64,000 bases of DNA from Cyanophora paradoxa CCMP329. Lineage: Eukaryota > Plantae > Glaucophyta. The position numbers and the translations under genes are program-made. This document shows positions 45,684-56,045 of this stretch, in pieces. The notes under the pieces are model-generated. The model searched no databases. It worked only from the letters and a program-made list of their open reading frames with translations, and had not been told where the DNA came from. The stretch is taken from NCBI GenBank assembly GCA_004431415.1, contig QPMI01000565.1:3269-67268 (forward strand). Reading direction: 5' to 3'. Every line of letters begins with the position of its first letter. The stretch's first letter is position 1.

Positions 45684-45705
45684 TATTGTCTACATAATAT
45701 AAAGA

Positions 45706-46722
45706 ATGTCTACACAAATAGCTGTTCCTGTTTTCTGTTATGCTGCCCCAAAATTACATCAACTCAATCACACAGTAACAGATGCAACCCCTGGTTTATT
45801 TGCACTGAAACAACAGGAGCCGATTCATTTTCTCAAAACTCTGTGATCAGATGCAAAGAAATTCGATGTGATCGCAATGGGGCAAGGTGAGAACCACAGG
45901 TTTAATAGTTTCAAACAAGAACCAAGTTCAATCAGGTCAAATTGTTTCCGATTCATCAATATATGATGATGTAGGAGGGTTCACCACACCCAAAATAGTA
46001 ACATTTAACAACACAATCAATAACTCTGCTCTTGTTGTGAGAAGTGGAGGAGCTTACATTGGAGATGGGGCGAGAGTTGATGGAACTCTCACAGCAAATC
46101 AGGTAAGTATTACAGGAACAAGCACCTTTACAGGATTGGTAACAGCAAATGCTGGTATTTCACTACCAATTGCCTCACAATCCATAATCACAGCAACAAA
46201 CAAGGTTGTCACACCAGAAATCGATACAGGAGCCAATGTAGACCTTCTTCTCAAACGAAATAGTAACACTGTCGCTACTCTGGAAGCGAATAGTTTGACA
46301 GTTAATACAGGGTGTTATCTCAAAACATCACATCCACGATTTTCAGTTCAACTTGGCTACAATCACACTGCTACAACTTCTGCTGATCTAATAAACTGGG
46401 CAACAGTTCGAGTAAACAATACCAATTCATTCAGCACATCAACTGGAAGGTTCACAGCACCTGTTGCAGGACACTATCGTTTTTCAGTATTCACTTCTTC
46501 AACCACAACTTCTGCTATTGAATTGTTTCTCAGGGTAAACAATGCAGATCCAGGGGATTGAGCATTTCCCAAGTTCACAATCTGTCAACAACAAATAAAG
46601 CGCTGTGTTTCTCTTGCATTCTCAATCTTGCCCAAAACGAATTTGTTACACTTGTTACAAATTCAGTCGGTTCATATGCAAGTCAAACAGCCTTCTCAGG
46701 TGAATTAATAAGCATCGTTTAA
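45706..46722 (+). CDS. Spike-like protein with C1q/TNF-like head (several indels)
   Basis: Paralog of previous gene; FSTSTGRFTAPVAGHYRF...AFSGELI. Confidence 0.75.
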
Positions 46723-46744
46723 TTTTCTTATGGTAGTTTAGGAA

Positions 46745-47005
46745 ATGTCGAATATTTACCAAGTGGTTCTATCTGATATTGAGAAGTTGGGAATGGAATT
46801 TTGTGCTGCTTCTGTTCAGGATTGGATCGATAATGCTGCCCATAACAGAGCAAGAATTGCAATTGATGAGATTGTTCAGAAAGAAATCCATTCTTGCATC
46901 TCAGGTGGAGTTCAAATACCAACCTCAAAGGAAGCGATTGTATTACAGGCATTCCAAAGGGGAACTGTGAAGAAAGCAATTGAGTATAACAATGTCACAG
47001 AATAG
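46745..47005 (+). CDS. Small protein resembling marine-phage fibre-associated proteins
   Basis: QDWIDNAAHNRARIAIDEIV motif recalled from memory in phage proteins next to C1q fibre genes; not searched. Confidence 0.6.
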   Translation: MSNIYQVVLSDIEKLGMEFCAASVQDWIDNAAHNRARIAIDEIVQKEIHSCISGGVQIPTSKEAIVLQAFQRGTVKKAIEYNNVTE

Positions 47006-47045
47006 TATTGTACATTATTTTCTTTCCTTCTTAGTAAAAGAAGCA

Positions 47046-47890
47046 ATGGGTGAATATAATCGAGTTCAACTGCCTATATATTCCTTGGATCCCCTGCAAT
47101 GCATTTTCGCCAGCATGAAGTAAATGATGAGGTTCGTGGATTGGAATCCACAGAGAGACCCAATTCCAATGGCAACTCCTTTGATAAAAATTCGATTATT
47201 CGAGTTAAAGAGCTGAGAGCTGATAAGAACTCAGGTGTGGTGAAAACAACTCGACTTCTTGTCACAAATGCTAACTTTTTCCAGCCTACTAATGGAGGTC
47301 CTGATGCTTACAGTGTTGATCTGAAAGCCCTTGATTATGATAAAAACACTGCTGCTGTAACTGTGAGATCAGGAGGAGCTTTTATTGGTGGTGGCTGCAG
47401 AGTTTCAGGTCAGCTTTCATCCTCAATTTCGTATAATGATGTCCCAGATACTCTTGAACAAAATGTAGAGAACCCACAACGAATTCGATTATATATACCA
47501 GTTGCACAACAGCCAATTATTCAATTTTACCAAGGTTATACTGTCACACTTGAAAACTCTGAATTGATTGAAGGAACCAAAAGAGTAATGAGAGGGCTGG
47601 TCATTCCTTCTGCAATGCTTTCTTTATGTAGAGCCAACAATAACCAGCCAGGTCACAGATACAATTTCAGTGTTCAAGGATATGATCATTTTGGCACAGG
47701 GTTCTGTGTTTATAATAACAATTTCACCTATGATCTGTTTGTTACAGATATTGGAAAATATACAATTACAGTTATGGGTATCAGAACAGATATAGCTGCT
47801 GTCTCAGCTCTAAGAGGTGTTACTCCTGATACTCTTTCTCAAACAGGGTTTTACCAAGAGCCAGATGTAATTGATGACCCAACCCCATAA
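47046..47890 (+). CDS. Spike-family paralog with non-C1q C-terminal domain (indel near 5' end)
   Basis: IRVKELRADKNSGVVKTT and VRSGGAFIGGG shared module. Confidence 0.72.
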
Positions 47891-47913
47891 AAGATATATC
47901 CCTTTAATGTAAA

Positions 47914-48744
47914 ATGGCTGAGCAACCCCCACTTGAACGAATTATCACCCCACAACTATCATTAGCTGCACCTGCAAACCATGTTTTACAGCATGCTACC
48001 TTTGATGATGTGGAAGGTCTCCAATCCACAGAGGTCCAACCTACAATGAACACCTTTGGTTCCACCCACAAGCTGAGATTACAGGAACTCAGATGTGATA
48101 AAAATAATGGAATAGTTAAGACAACTAAGCTACTTGTCACAAATGCAAACTTTTCTGCTCATTATGGAGACCCAGATAGCTATGGAGATCCTCTGTCTAC
48201 TTATTCTTTTGAATCTAGGTCGGGAGCTATTAACTGCAAATCGGGGGGAGCTTATATTGGTGATGGTCTTCGGGTTGGTGGGGCTGTTGGAGCGCCTTTA
48301 TTTGTGAATGATCAACCCAATCCATTGATCCTAACACCAGAATTCGAACCTATGTCCCAGCATGAATGCCCCTATATAATCAAAATATTCCCCATTGTGG
48401 TAAATGAACAGACAGCAGTTGTAGACTCTCTTGTTGAGATTGGTGACCACTACAAGGTTGTTGTGGATATTCCACCAGATGTATATGCTGTATGTCAAGT
48501 GGAGGGTGGAACTCCTAATTTTGCAGTTGTGATCACCCCATATGATAATTTCGGAATTGCTTATCATGGAGTCAATTTTGGTTTGGAAGATTATCAGTTC
48601 CTGGTTAGAGCCACCAAGTTTGGTATCTACAAGTGTGTATTATATGCTGAGAGAACTGATTTTATTGCAAAGCAGAATACCTATGCTGAGTACTATGGCA
48701 CTAATCGATATTTCCCCATTTTTGGGCAGGATACTGCTCCATAA
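47914..48744 (+). CDS. Spike-family paralog with non-C1q C-terminal domain
   Basis: LRLQELRCDKNNGIVKTT, KSGGAYIGDG; YDxFG...RTD motifs shared with 47046-47890. Confidence 0.75.
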   Translation: MAEQPPLERIITPQLSLAAPANHVLQHATFDDVEGLQSTEVQPTMNTFGSTHKLRLQELRCDKNNGIVKTTKLLVTNANFSAHYGDPDSYGDPLSTYSFESRSGAINCKSGGAYIGDGLRVGGAVGAPLFVNDQPNPLILTPEFEPMSQHECPYIIKIFPIVVNEQTAVVDSLVEIGDHYKVVVDIPPDVYAVCQVEGGTPNFAVVITPYDNFGIAYHGVNFGLEDYQFLVRATKFGIYKCVLYAERTDFIAKQNTYAEYYGTNRYFPIFGQDTAP

Positions 48745-48766
48745 GAATATTGGTTATATATAGAGT

Positions 48767-49038
48767 ATGGATAGTAAAACAAAAAAGTTTATTGATGCTG
48801 CTATGACAGTTCATGGTAAAGATAAATTCGATTACAGTGAGACACATTACATCAAAGCTCAAGAGAAAGTATCTGTTAGATGTTTGCAGTGTAATAAGGT
48901 GATCCTTACCTATCCCTTTAATCATGTGAAGGGATCAGGTTGCAGGAATGCAACAAAAAGCATTCTCAAGCTTATAGGAAAAGGGCTACTTCATCAATCA
49001 CAGTGGAATATAGAGATGTTTGCATTAGGTTCGATTAG
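48767..49038 (+). CDS. Single DUF723-like zinc repeat protein (endonuclease remnant)
   Basis: HGKDKFDYS...C..C...H..GSGC matches the repeats of 5536-6477; one added base restores GCxEC and a stop at 49038. Confidence 0.55.
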
Positions 49039-49066
49039 GTTTAATAATTTTTCTAAGGTATTCTTA

Positions 49067-49465
49067 ATGGAGACTCAATACAGGGGCTTTCATGTTATGC
49101 TTGATTACAAGGCTAAAACAGCTATTGCAACAGGACATGAGCATGTAAGCTTCCTTGGTAATTGGATTATGAGAACCCTTGAACAAGCAGTATTAAGGCA
49201 AGGCATTAGGATTGTTCACAAACATTGTGAGATATTTGATGGCAAAGTATCACCTCCTGGTTTTGCATTGGTTCTGCTATTAGATGAAAGCCATTGTACA
49301 GCTCATTGTTATTCCAATGAAGGCATGTTAGCAATTGATATATTCAGTTGTGGTAAAGACGCTCAGCATAAAACACAAGCAGTAGCAGATGAGATCGATA
49401 AAACAATGAATTTCTTAACATTTGAGAAGACTGAGAGGCATAAACATGATAGATTTCCGTTTTGA
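49067..49465 (+). CDS. speD: S-adenosylmethionine decarboxylase-family pyruvoyl proenzyme (prokaryotic class 1B-like)
   Basis: GFHVMLDY, PPGF..VLLLDESHCTAHCY..EG..AIDIFSCG with the E|SH autocleavage site; 132 aa. Confidence 0.88.
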   Translation: METQYRGFHVMLDYKAKTAIATGHEHVSFLGNWIMRTLEQAVLRQGIRIVHKHCEIFDGKVSPPGFALVLLLDESHCTAHCYSNEGMLAIDIFSCGKDAQHKTQAVADEIDKTMNFLTFEKTERHKHDRFPF

Positions 49466-49616
49466 TGGGTTTCTATAATGATGATCAGGGTGATTTACCT
49501 TTTTTATTACAATAACATTGATCAGCTATTATAACAAAAGGATATAATATATCCCTTTCCTACAATAGAATATGTTACAATTTCGAATACTATCGATTTC
49601 CTTACAATAAAACTCA

Positions 49617-49768
49617 GCATCTCCCCTTCATTCCCCAATTATAATTTAAGTGGACTCAAGGTTGACTCATATTAATCGTAAAAGTAGTAATAGTATATGG
49701 ATTTTGTTACGAATTCAATGCAAGGGTTGACTAAGTGGGTTGAGTTGACTCAAATTTCACAGGAAATA
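49617..49768. repeat. Segment shared with A/D terminal region (half of type-1 iteron cluster)
   Basis: Near-identical to 17883-18047. Confidence 0.85.
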
Positions 49769-49840
49769 ACAATGAATCAGAGTATAAATGCATTTTTTGA
49801 ATCAACTACACCAACTAACACTGAGATTTTAACAATATAT

Positions 49841-50139
49841 GAGGTCCTTACTGAATATGGTATGTGTCACAGGTGTCACAGGTTTATCCCAAAGTTTCTC
49901 CTATAAAGAGTAAATTTCCAAAAGTTTGGGATGGACCTGTGACACCTGTGACACTCGATTAAATCATTTATTCATTTAATTAGAAATACATAGATAAGAT
50001 TATGACTGAGTTTTTCATTATAAAAGAGGTCCTTACTGAATATGGTATGTGTCACAGGTGTCACAGGTTTATCCCAAAGTTTCTCCTATAAAGAGTGAAT
50101 TTTCAAAAGTTTGGGATGGACCTGTGACACCTGTGACAC
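49841..50139. repeat. Two 114-bp direct repeats, each with a type-2 iteron inverted repeat
   Basis: 49841-49954 and 50026-50139; GTGTCACAGGTGTCACAGGT...ACCTGTGACACCTGTGACAC. Confidence 0.92.
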
Positions 50140-50455
50140 CCAATTATTCATTAAATTCCTAAGGGTCCCCCCTTAGACTCATTAAAACATGATAATAACA
50201 TATCAATTTCATGTATAATTACGATTGAATTCAATAAGAGATCGATTTGTTTTATTAAACAAATGAATCTTTTATGGATCTTAATCGAGTTAAGCGATAT
50301 GTTTACGATTAAATGAATTAAATTTAATTAAATTTAATCGAGAAAGAACATGAATATAATATCGATTAAATCAATTAACAAAAAGACCAATCACACATAG
50401 TAAAATGCGGAGTTTTAACCAGAGGCAAGATCTAATTGAGATTCAGTTATATTAT

Positions 50456-50826
50456 TGCGCTGAGCGGGATGCGCTAAGCAGTTGGCTAGGCCCAGAGGCG
50501 CCCCAAGCAGAGAGGGACAGGCCCGTACAGCACCGTAGGGCGACGGCGAGCGGGTGCCATTACGTACACAGCAGGCGCAGAGCCGGCGTAAGACAGCAAG
50601 TAACAGGTACAGCGTAAGACAGTAAGTACAGAGAACAGGGACGAGAACGACAGCCAGCAAGCGAGCGCCGCGCAGGGCAAGCGAGGGCCCAGGGCTAAAA
50701 TAAGCGGTCCAGTTGGCAACAACGTGGCACCAGGAATAGCAGGCTACAAAGGGTACAAGGCAAGGCAAGCTGCCGGCTTAGAGCCGACGACCAGGGCTAG
50801 CTGGGAGTCGGAAAGTGGGCGGCACA
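50456..50826 (-). repeat. LTR (3' LTR in element orientation)
   Basis: No difference from 53444-53814 found by eye. Confidence 0.95.
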
Positions 50827-53443
50827 CGCTTCCCGCTACAAAAAGCCGTCCTCGGCGCTACGAGCTAAAGGCTGAACTAAAGCTGCGTAGGCGAGGCTGA
50901 ACGGACTACGAGCCAAAAGCCGGCTACCGTCCCTGCACAGAAAGCCGTCCTCGGCGCCACAGCGGGCGGGCCAGAGGGGCAAATTAAAATCCATCAGGCC
51001 GTCGGCACCAGTATGAGGAACTGGGCCCAACAAGGAAAGTTGGGTGAGGGACCCACGACCTGACGCCAGAGCGCGCGGAGCGCCGCCAGCCAACCGGGGG
51101 CAAACCCTCTAAATCCCGCCGGAGGGGAAAACCGGTTTGAACGAGTGCTAGCGCTAGCACTAAGCTCGAATTCGAAGCCGGCGCCGCGCCGCAAGCCGCC
51201 GGGCTGCGGCGGCGCCGGGTCGAAAGTTCCACAGTGTAGAAGGTACTTGACGTAGAGTGTAGGAGTGTAGGACCGCAGGCTCGATCAGCAGAGCCGCAGC
51301 GGCAGAGTACGCGTTGCGGGCCAAGCTCGGCGCAGCTTGCCGCAGTGCGTTGCCAAGTGACTCGGCCAGCGGAGTCACGAAGCGGAGCGATCGGACAGCA
51401 CAGTAGCGTGTGCAGCCGCGTACGCGTAGAGCAGGCAAGCCATGAAGAGTAGAAGCGGCGAGCCAGTCGTACGGGGTCAGGCTCCACAGCAGCAGCAGGC
51501 CACTGGTCGCATCATACAGACCCATCGCCAAGGATCCTCCGCGATCAGACGGGATGGCAAACCACGGATACAGCCATCGAGTCCGCCGGCATACGCTGAT
51601 GCAGCGCGTAGCCGGGGCTTAGGCAGGCCACCATCGCGGGACAAGAGACAGCATCAGCGCGGCCCGGAATGATCATCGGTGCTCGCGTGATAGTCGTAGG
51701 CAGACGTATGGACCTCTCAGCAGCGGAGAGTCGCAAGCGGAGGCTTGATCGGAAGCACCCGGACTAGAGCGCCGGTGCGTGCTGGCTTGGTCAGCGTGGA
51801 ATCACCCACAGCTAAGCAGACCGAAACAGCGCTGGCGTCCAGCTGGCATCACCCAGCTGCCAGGTTCAACCGATGCACGGGAATCACCCGACGGGCCGAC
51901 GCAGTCGACGCGCGAACGTGAAGACTGGTCGCGGGGCATCACCCAGTGCTGCTTGCTGACGCTCCTCAACAGATAGGTCCGCTGTCCGCCGTCCAACTTT
52001 AGCTATGGCTGCTCACGTCGTCGTAGGACGTTCCAGAGCGCATCCTTTACGCTTCTGATGACCTTCGCCCGCTGGACAGGCCTCGGTCAGACCTCCGCCC
52101 GCTGAACAGGCCTCGGTCGCTGATCAAACGCCCACGACAGGAAAGAACGACAGTCCGCACACGCTTGAGATGTGCGTGAAGCGACTGACATCTGGCTTGA
52201 CGAGCTGGACGTCCCGGAGAAGGGCAGCTACGTCGTCGGAGCCAGGGCAAGGTCTTCGCATCTTGTCTGCCTTCTCGGTGCGACAGCGCGCACGGTAGAC
52301 TGGACAACAGATAGATGCGCTTCCTCGCATAGAGATCGCTGTCAAGTGGAGCTGCGCCGGCTTCCACTGACGCGTACGCAACCCGCAGAGCCGAGAGAGA
52401 CGCGGAGCCGCACGTCCTCTGGATGCAGGGTGGAGTCAAGTGGAGTGATCCTCACGAGGGATGCCACTCGCCGCCGCTGAGCGTGCCTCGGGAGGTCCGC
52501 AGGCGCCACAGCAGCCGTCGTAGTAAGACCTCGGGCGCGTACTGGGGCCATGTTATCCCAGGGGCTTTCACGTCGCAGCGGTTTGACTCCATGCGTTCTT
52601 CAGATACACTCGCCACCATTGAGCGTGCCTCGGGCTAGCCGGAGGTGCCATCGCAGCCGTCGTAGGTGAGACCTCGGGCGCGGACTGGGGCCATGTTATC
52701 CCAGGGCATTCACGTCTTGGCGGGCTGACTCTGTACTTTCTGCAGAGAGAAAAGATTGATTGACCGGCGCTTCATAGCTGCCTGGCGAGCCTGGCATGTC
52801 ACGAGCATGCGGGCAACTCGACAAAACAAGACGACGACGAAAAGAAGGTATGTTCATGAAGAATACTCATTCAGAGAGTTTCTATCATCATATGTCGCAC
52901 AGTACGTGGACCAGAGAAGAAACGACATGCCACGACGACAAGAAGGTCATCATTCGATCGGCGGCAACACGCAATTCGATCGTTATGACGACGTGTGTAG
53001 ATGTAGAGGGTGTTGCTCCACATACAATACATTTAGTAGTACGTTGTGGAGTCGTCCCCCGATACAATGCAATACAGTTTCACTCGACATGCGCGCGGGC
53101 TGCATCAGCATTTGCTCTTGAGCGCAGCCACGGCACGTTTAGGTGACTGTGAGCGCATGCGGCTCAATAGACGGGTTGGCGGACGCTTCCCACTACAGAA
53201 AGAGTGGTGCGCCGGGGCCGTAAGCAAGAAAAGGCGCGCGCAGTGGCGGGTGGAAAGGCATGAACCATGCGGTTCGCAAAGCCGAGCTCCGCGGCATAGG
53301 CGCTTCTCACTACAAGAGAGTGGAGGCCGTACGCGCAAGCCGAGGCAAACGATGGCGTGCTTGTCCAGGGGTTCGGGCAAGAGCGCAGCGTTCGTCCCCA
53401 GGCATACGAGCTAAAAAGTCGAAGCCCAACGCAGCAGCCCCCA

Positions 53444-53814
53444 TGCGCTGAGCGGGATGCGCTAAGCAGTTGGCTAGGCCCAGAGGCGCCCCAAGCAGAG
53501 AGGGACAGGCCCGTACAGCACCGTAGGGCGACGGCGAGCGGGTGCCATTACGTACACAGCAGGCGCAGAGCCGGCGTAAGACAGCAAGTAACAGGTACAG
53601 CGTAAGACAGTAAGTACAGAGAACAGGGACGAGAACGACAGCCAGCAAGCGAGCGCCGCGCAGGGCAAGCGAGGGCCCAGGGCTAAAATAAGCGGTCCAG
53701 TTGGCAACAACGTGGCACCAGGAATAGCAGGCTACAAAGGGTACAAGGCAAGGCAAGCTGCCGGCTTAGAGCCGACGACCAGGGCTAGCTGGGAGTCGGA
53801 AAGTGGGCGGCACA
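53444..53814 (-). repeat. LTR (5' LTR in element orientation)
   Basis: Direct repeat of 50456-50826. Confidence 0.95.
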
Positions 53815-54324
53815 TTATTCGGAATTTTATACAGATTATCGATAGAATCAGTAAGACTAATCGGAAAATAAGAGAAATTTACGATAAAATATCGAAAAGA
53901 ATACAAAATAATCGAAATAATTGAATATTCGATAAGATATACACAGATTATCGATTGATTGAAATAGAATATACGAGATATATCAACAAAATCAATTAAG
54001 ATAAGCCGAGGGTTAAAACTCCGCATTTTACTATGTGTCTCTGATCAAACAGGGGCACCCCAAGCGACGGCGAAATCTTGAAAAGGATCACCTTGGCGTC
54101 GATTCCAGGAGTGTTTGCCAGGTTCTGCAAAACGAAGAAGAAAATTTAGTTTCAAGCGGAAAGCTGACAGGTAATGTCAACGGAAACAAAGGCGAACCGG
54201 GAAAGCCTGCATAACCTTCAGAAGGAGCTGCGCCCCCTGAATAGCGGACGTTTCCTGCGCGCAATCGGCTTGCGTCAGCCTCTGAGCCTCCGGGCCACTT
54301 TCTGCAAAACTATTAGCTATAGTG

Positions 54325-54397
54325 ACACATATGAATATTCATATTTTAATCCCTCGGCGTTCCGCCTCAGGATTAAAATATGAATATTCATATGTGT
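54325..54397. repeat. Terminal fold-back hairpin of element D
   Basis: Reverse complement of 18640-18712. Confidence 0.95.
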
Positions 54398-55746
54398 GAT
54401 TCGATGTTATATCAATAAAATCGATTAATTTATTTGAATTTTCACCTGAATTTTCATATTTTTATATGCATTTTCAATTAATTTAATCGATGTTATATCG
54501 ATAAACTCGATTAATCGATATTGTATCTTAATTGTAGTTAATCGGAATTATATCAATAACTTCGATTGATCTTAATTGAATCCTAAATGAATCTAATCGG
54601 AATTATATCAATAAATTCGATTAAATCATGTTCTTTTCCGATTAAATCAATTAAATATTTAACTTTGTTATCAGAAGTGGTCTAAGTTGACTCACTTTTC
54701 ATAAACATTTTGAACTCTTAGTCTCTTTGAATTTCTTAAGATGACTCAACTTAGTCAACTTAGTCAACTTTGTTACCATAATCAATCAGGGTGGACTCAC
54801 TTTTAGATCAACTTTGAAATTTCAAGCAAAATCAACTTGGATTTCAAAAGTGGATCTTCTAAGTGGACTCAAAATGTTCACTTTGTGATACATGTTAGCT
54901 CAAATCCTTACTGTTTATGGTCAGGGTTGACTAAGTGGGGGGAGTTGACACATTTTTTGAAATCCTTTTTAGAAAACTTTAGGTCCCAAATATTTCCTGT
55001 GAAATTTGAGTCAACTCAACCCACTTAGTCAACCCTTGCATTGAATTCGTAACAAAATCCATATACTATTACTACTTTTACGATTAATATGAGTCAACCT
55101 TGAGTCCACTTTAATATAAATATTATATAATAGGGGGAATCTAGGGCAGATGCTTACTAAATGCAGTGTTAGATTGATGGGATCATAGATGGGATCACAG
55201 TTATCGAAGCAATATAATATAGTTGAATATTCGATATCATAAGTTGATCGAAACGATAAGTATATGGTTATAAATCGCGATTTTTGAGTTATAATCGAAT
55301 TTAATCGAATTAATTTTGAATTTCAAAACTCGCTTTAATCGTAATAGCGATCTATACACATTGAGATTCGTATATGTGATTGCAAGTTATTGTTATGTAT
55401 GATATATGTGATTATATTCGACCGTCAGTGCATCGATTTGATAACTTGCTAGTGATCTATATTAAAAACTCACGTTTAATGGATTTTAATCGAATTTATA
55501 ATCAAAATTCAAAATCGGTTTCATCGCGATTTGGAGTTACAGTTAGTGAAATTCCGATATGGCTCATAAGCGCTGTGACCGCCTTGAAATGCTCGATTTT
55601 ATGACGTTTTAAGCGCATCGATTTGATCAGTTGGTGTTGAGATATCGTAGCAAACGTTAATATTGATTTTCTAGACGGGTACAGCATTAATCTAGAAAAA
55701 ACCGCGTTTTTTTTTTACTTTTCAAGTTTCACGGCGAACGAAGTAA

Positions 55747-55813
55747 AGGTTCCCGAGCGGATTTGAACCGCGTAGTTTTGAGTCAGAAATCAAGCGCTCT
55801 ATTCTCTGAGCCA
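55747..55813 (-). ncRNA. tRNA-Gln-like / Pol III cassette, copy in D
   Basis: Reverse complement of 17225-17291. Confidence 0.55.
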
Positions 55814-56045
55814 AAACGGCTTACCACCAAGTCGACTCCTGGGCTAGTGTTTCACCAAGTCTACTATGGCAAGTGACTTTTGCATCTTCAAACTGTTATA
55901 TCTCATCACCAGATCATCAAAACGCAACGTTCTGCATATCGCTGTGAAGCGCTTGATACGATCTACAAGACTATGTGTATATCATGTGCATATATGTATA
56001 TCAGTCATACATATATTTGGAAAAAACGAGTTTTTGCCTAGCAAA

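Larger units (their letters stand above)
50456..53814 (-). mobile_element. Non-autonomous LTR retroelement (LARD/TRIM-like), 3359 bp
   Basis: 371-bp TG...CA LTRs; 4-bp TSD TTAT (50452-50455, 53815-53818); minus-strand PBS TGGGGGCT at 53436-53443; purine tract at 50827-50838; GC-rich, no gag/pol motifs seen. Confidence 0.9.
30832..54038. mobile_element. Endogenous Polinton-like virus, element C (left terminus not seen)
   Basis: Complete virion module near-identical to A (34138-41779 vs 1-8660, inverted); Prim-Pol/D5 helicase; ends in ...CTATGTGT at 54038, with the same terminal heptamer as A/D. Confidence 0.88.
50393..54038. repeat. Terminal fold-back of element C: 28-bp arms at 50393-50420 and 54011-54038, loop expanded by LTR insertion
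   Basis: ACACATAGTAAAATGCGGAGTTTTAACC and its exact reverse complement; inner flanks AGAGGC / GCCGAG as in A. Confidence 0.9.

Noticed and set aside
48767-49465. Apparent zinc-finger/AdoMetDC fusion protein (232 aa)
   Set aside because: Adding one base after GSGC restores the CxxC repeat and a stop at 49038. The decarboxylase has its own ATG and upstream motif.
50827-53443. gag/pol or tyrosine-recombinase genes in the LTR element
   Set aside because: Only short GC-rich ORFs, with no RT, RNase H, integrase or YR motifs. TG...CA LTRs with a TSD argue against a DIRS/Ngaro structure.
1-54038. Classification as a canonical virophage or canonical Polinton
   Set aside because: No maturation cysteine protease was recognised, and the MCP is about 455 aa with NCLDV-like motifs. 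Polinton-like virus is the safest label without a search.
54039-54324. Gene in the spacer between C and D
   Set aside because: Only a 69-aa ORF running into D's hairpin. Too short to assign as host or viral.
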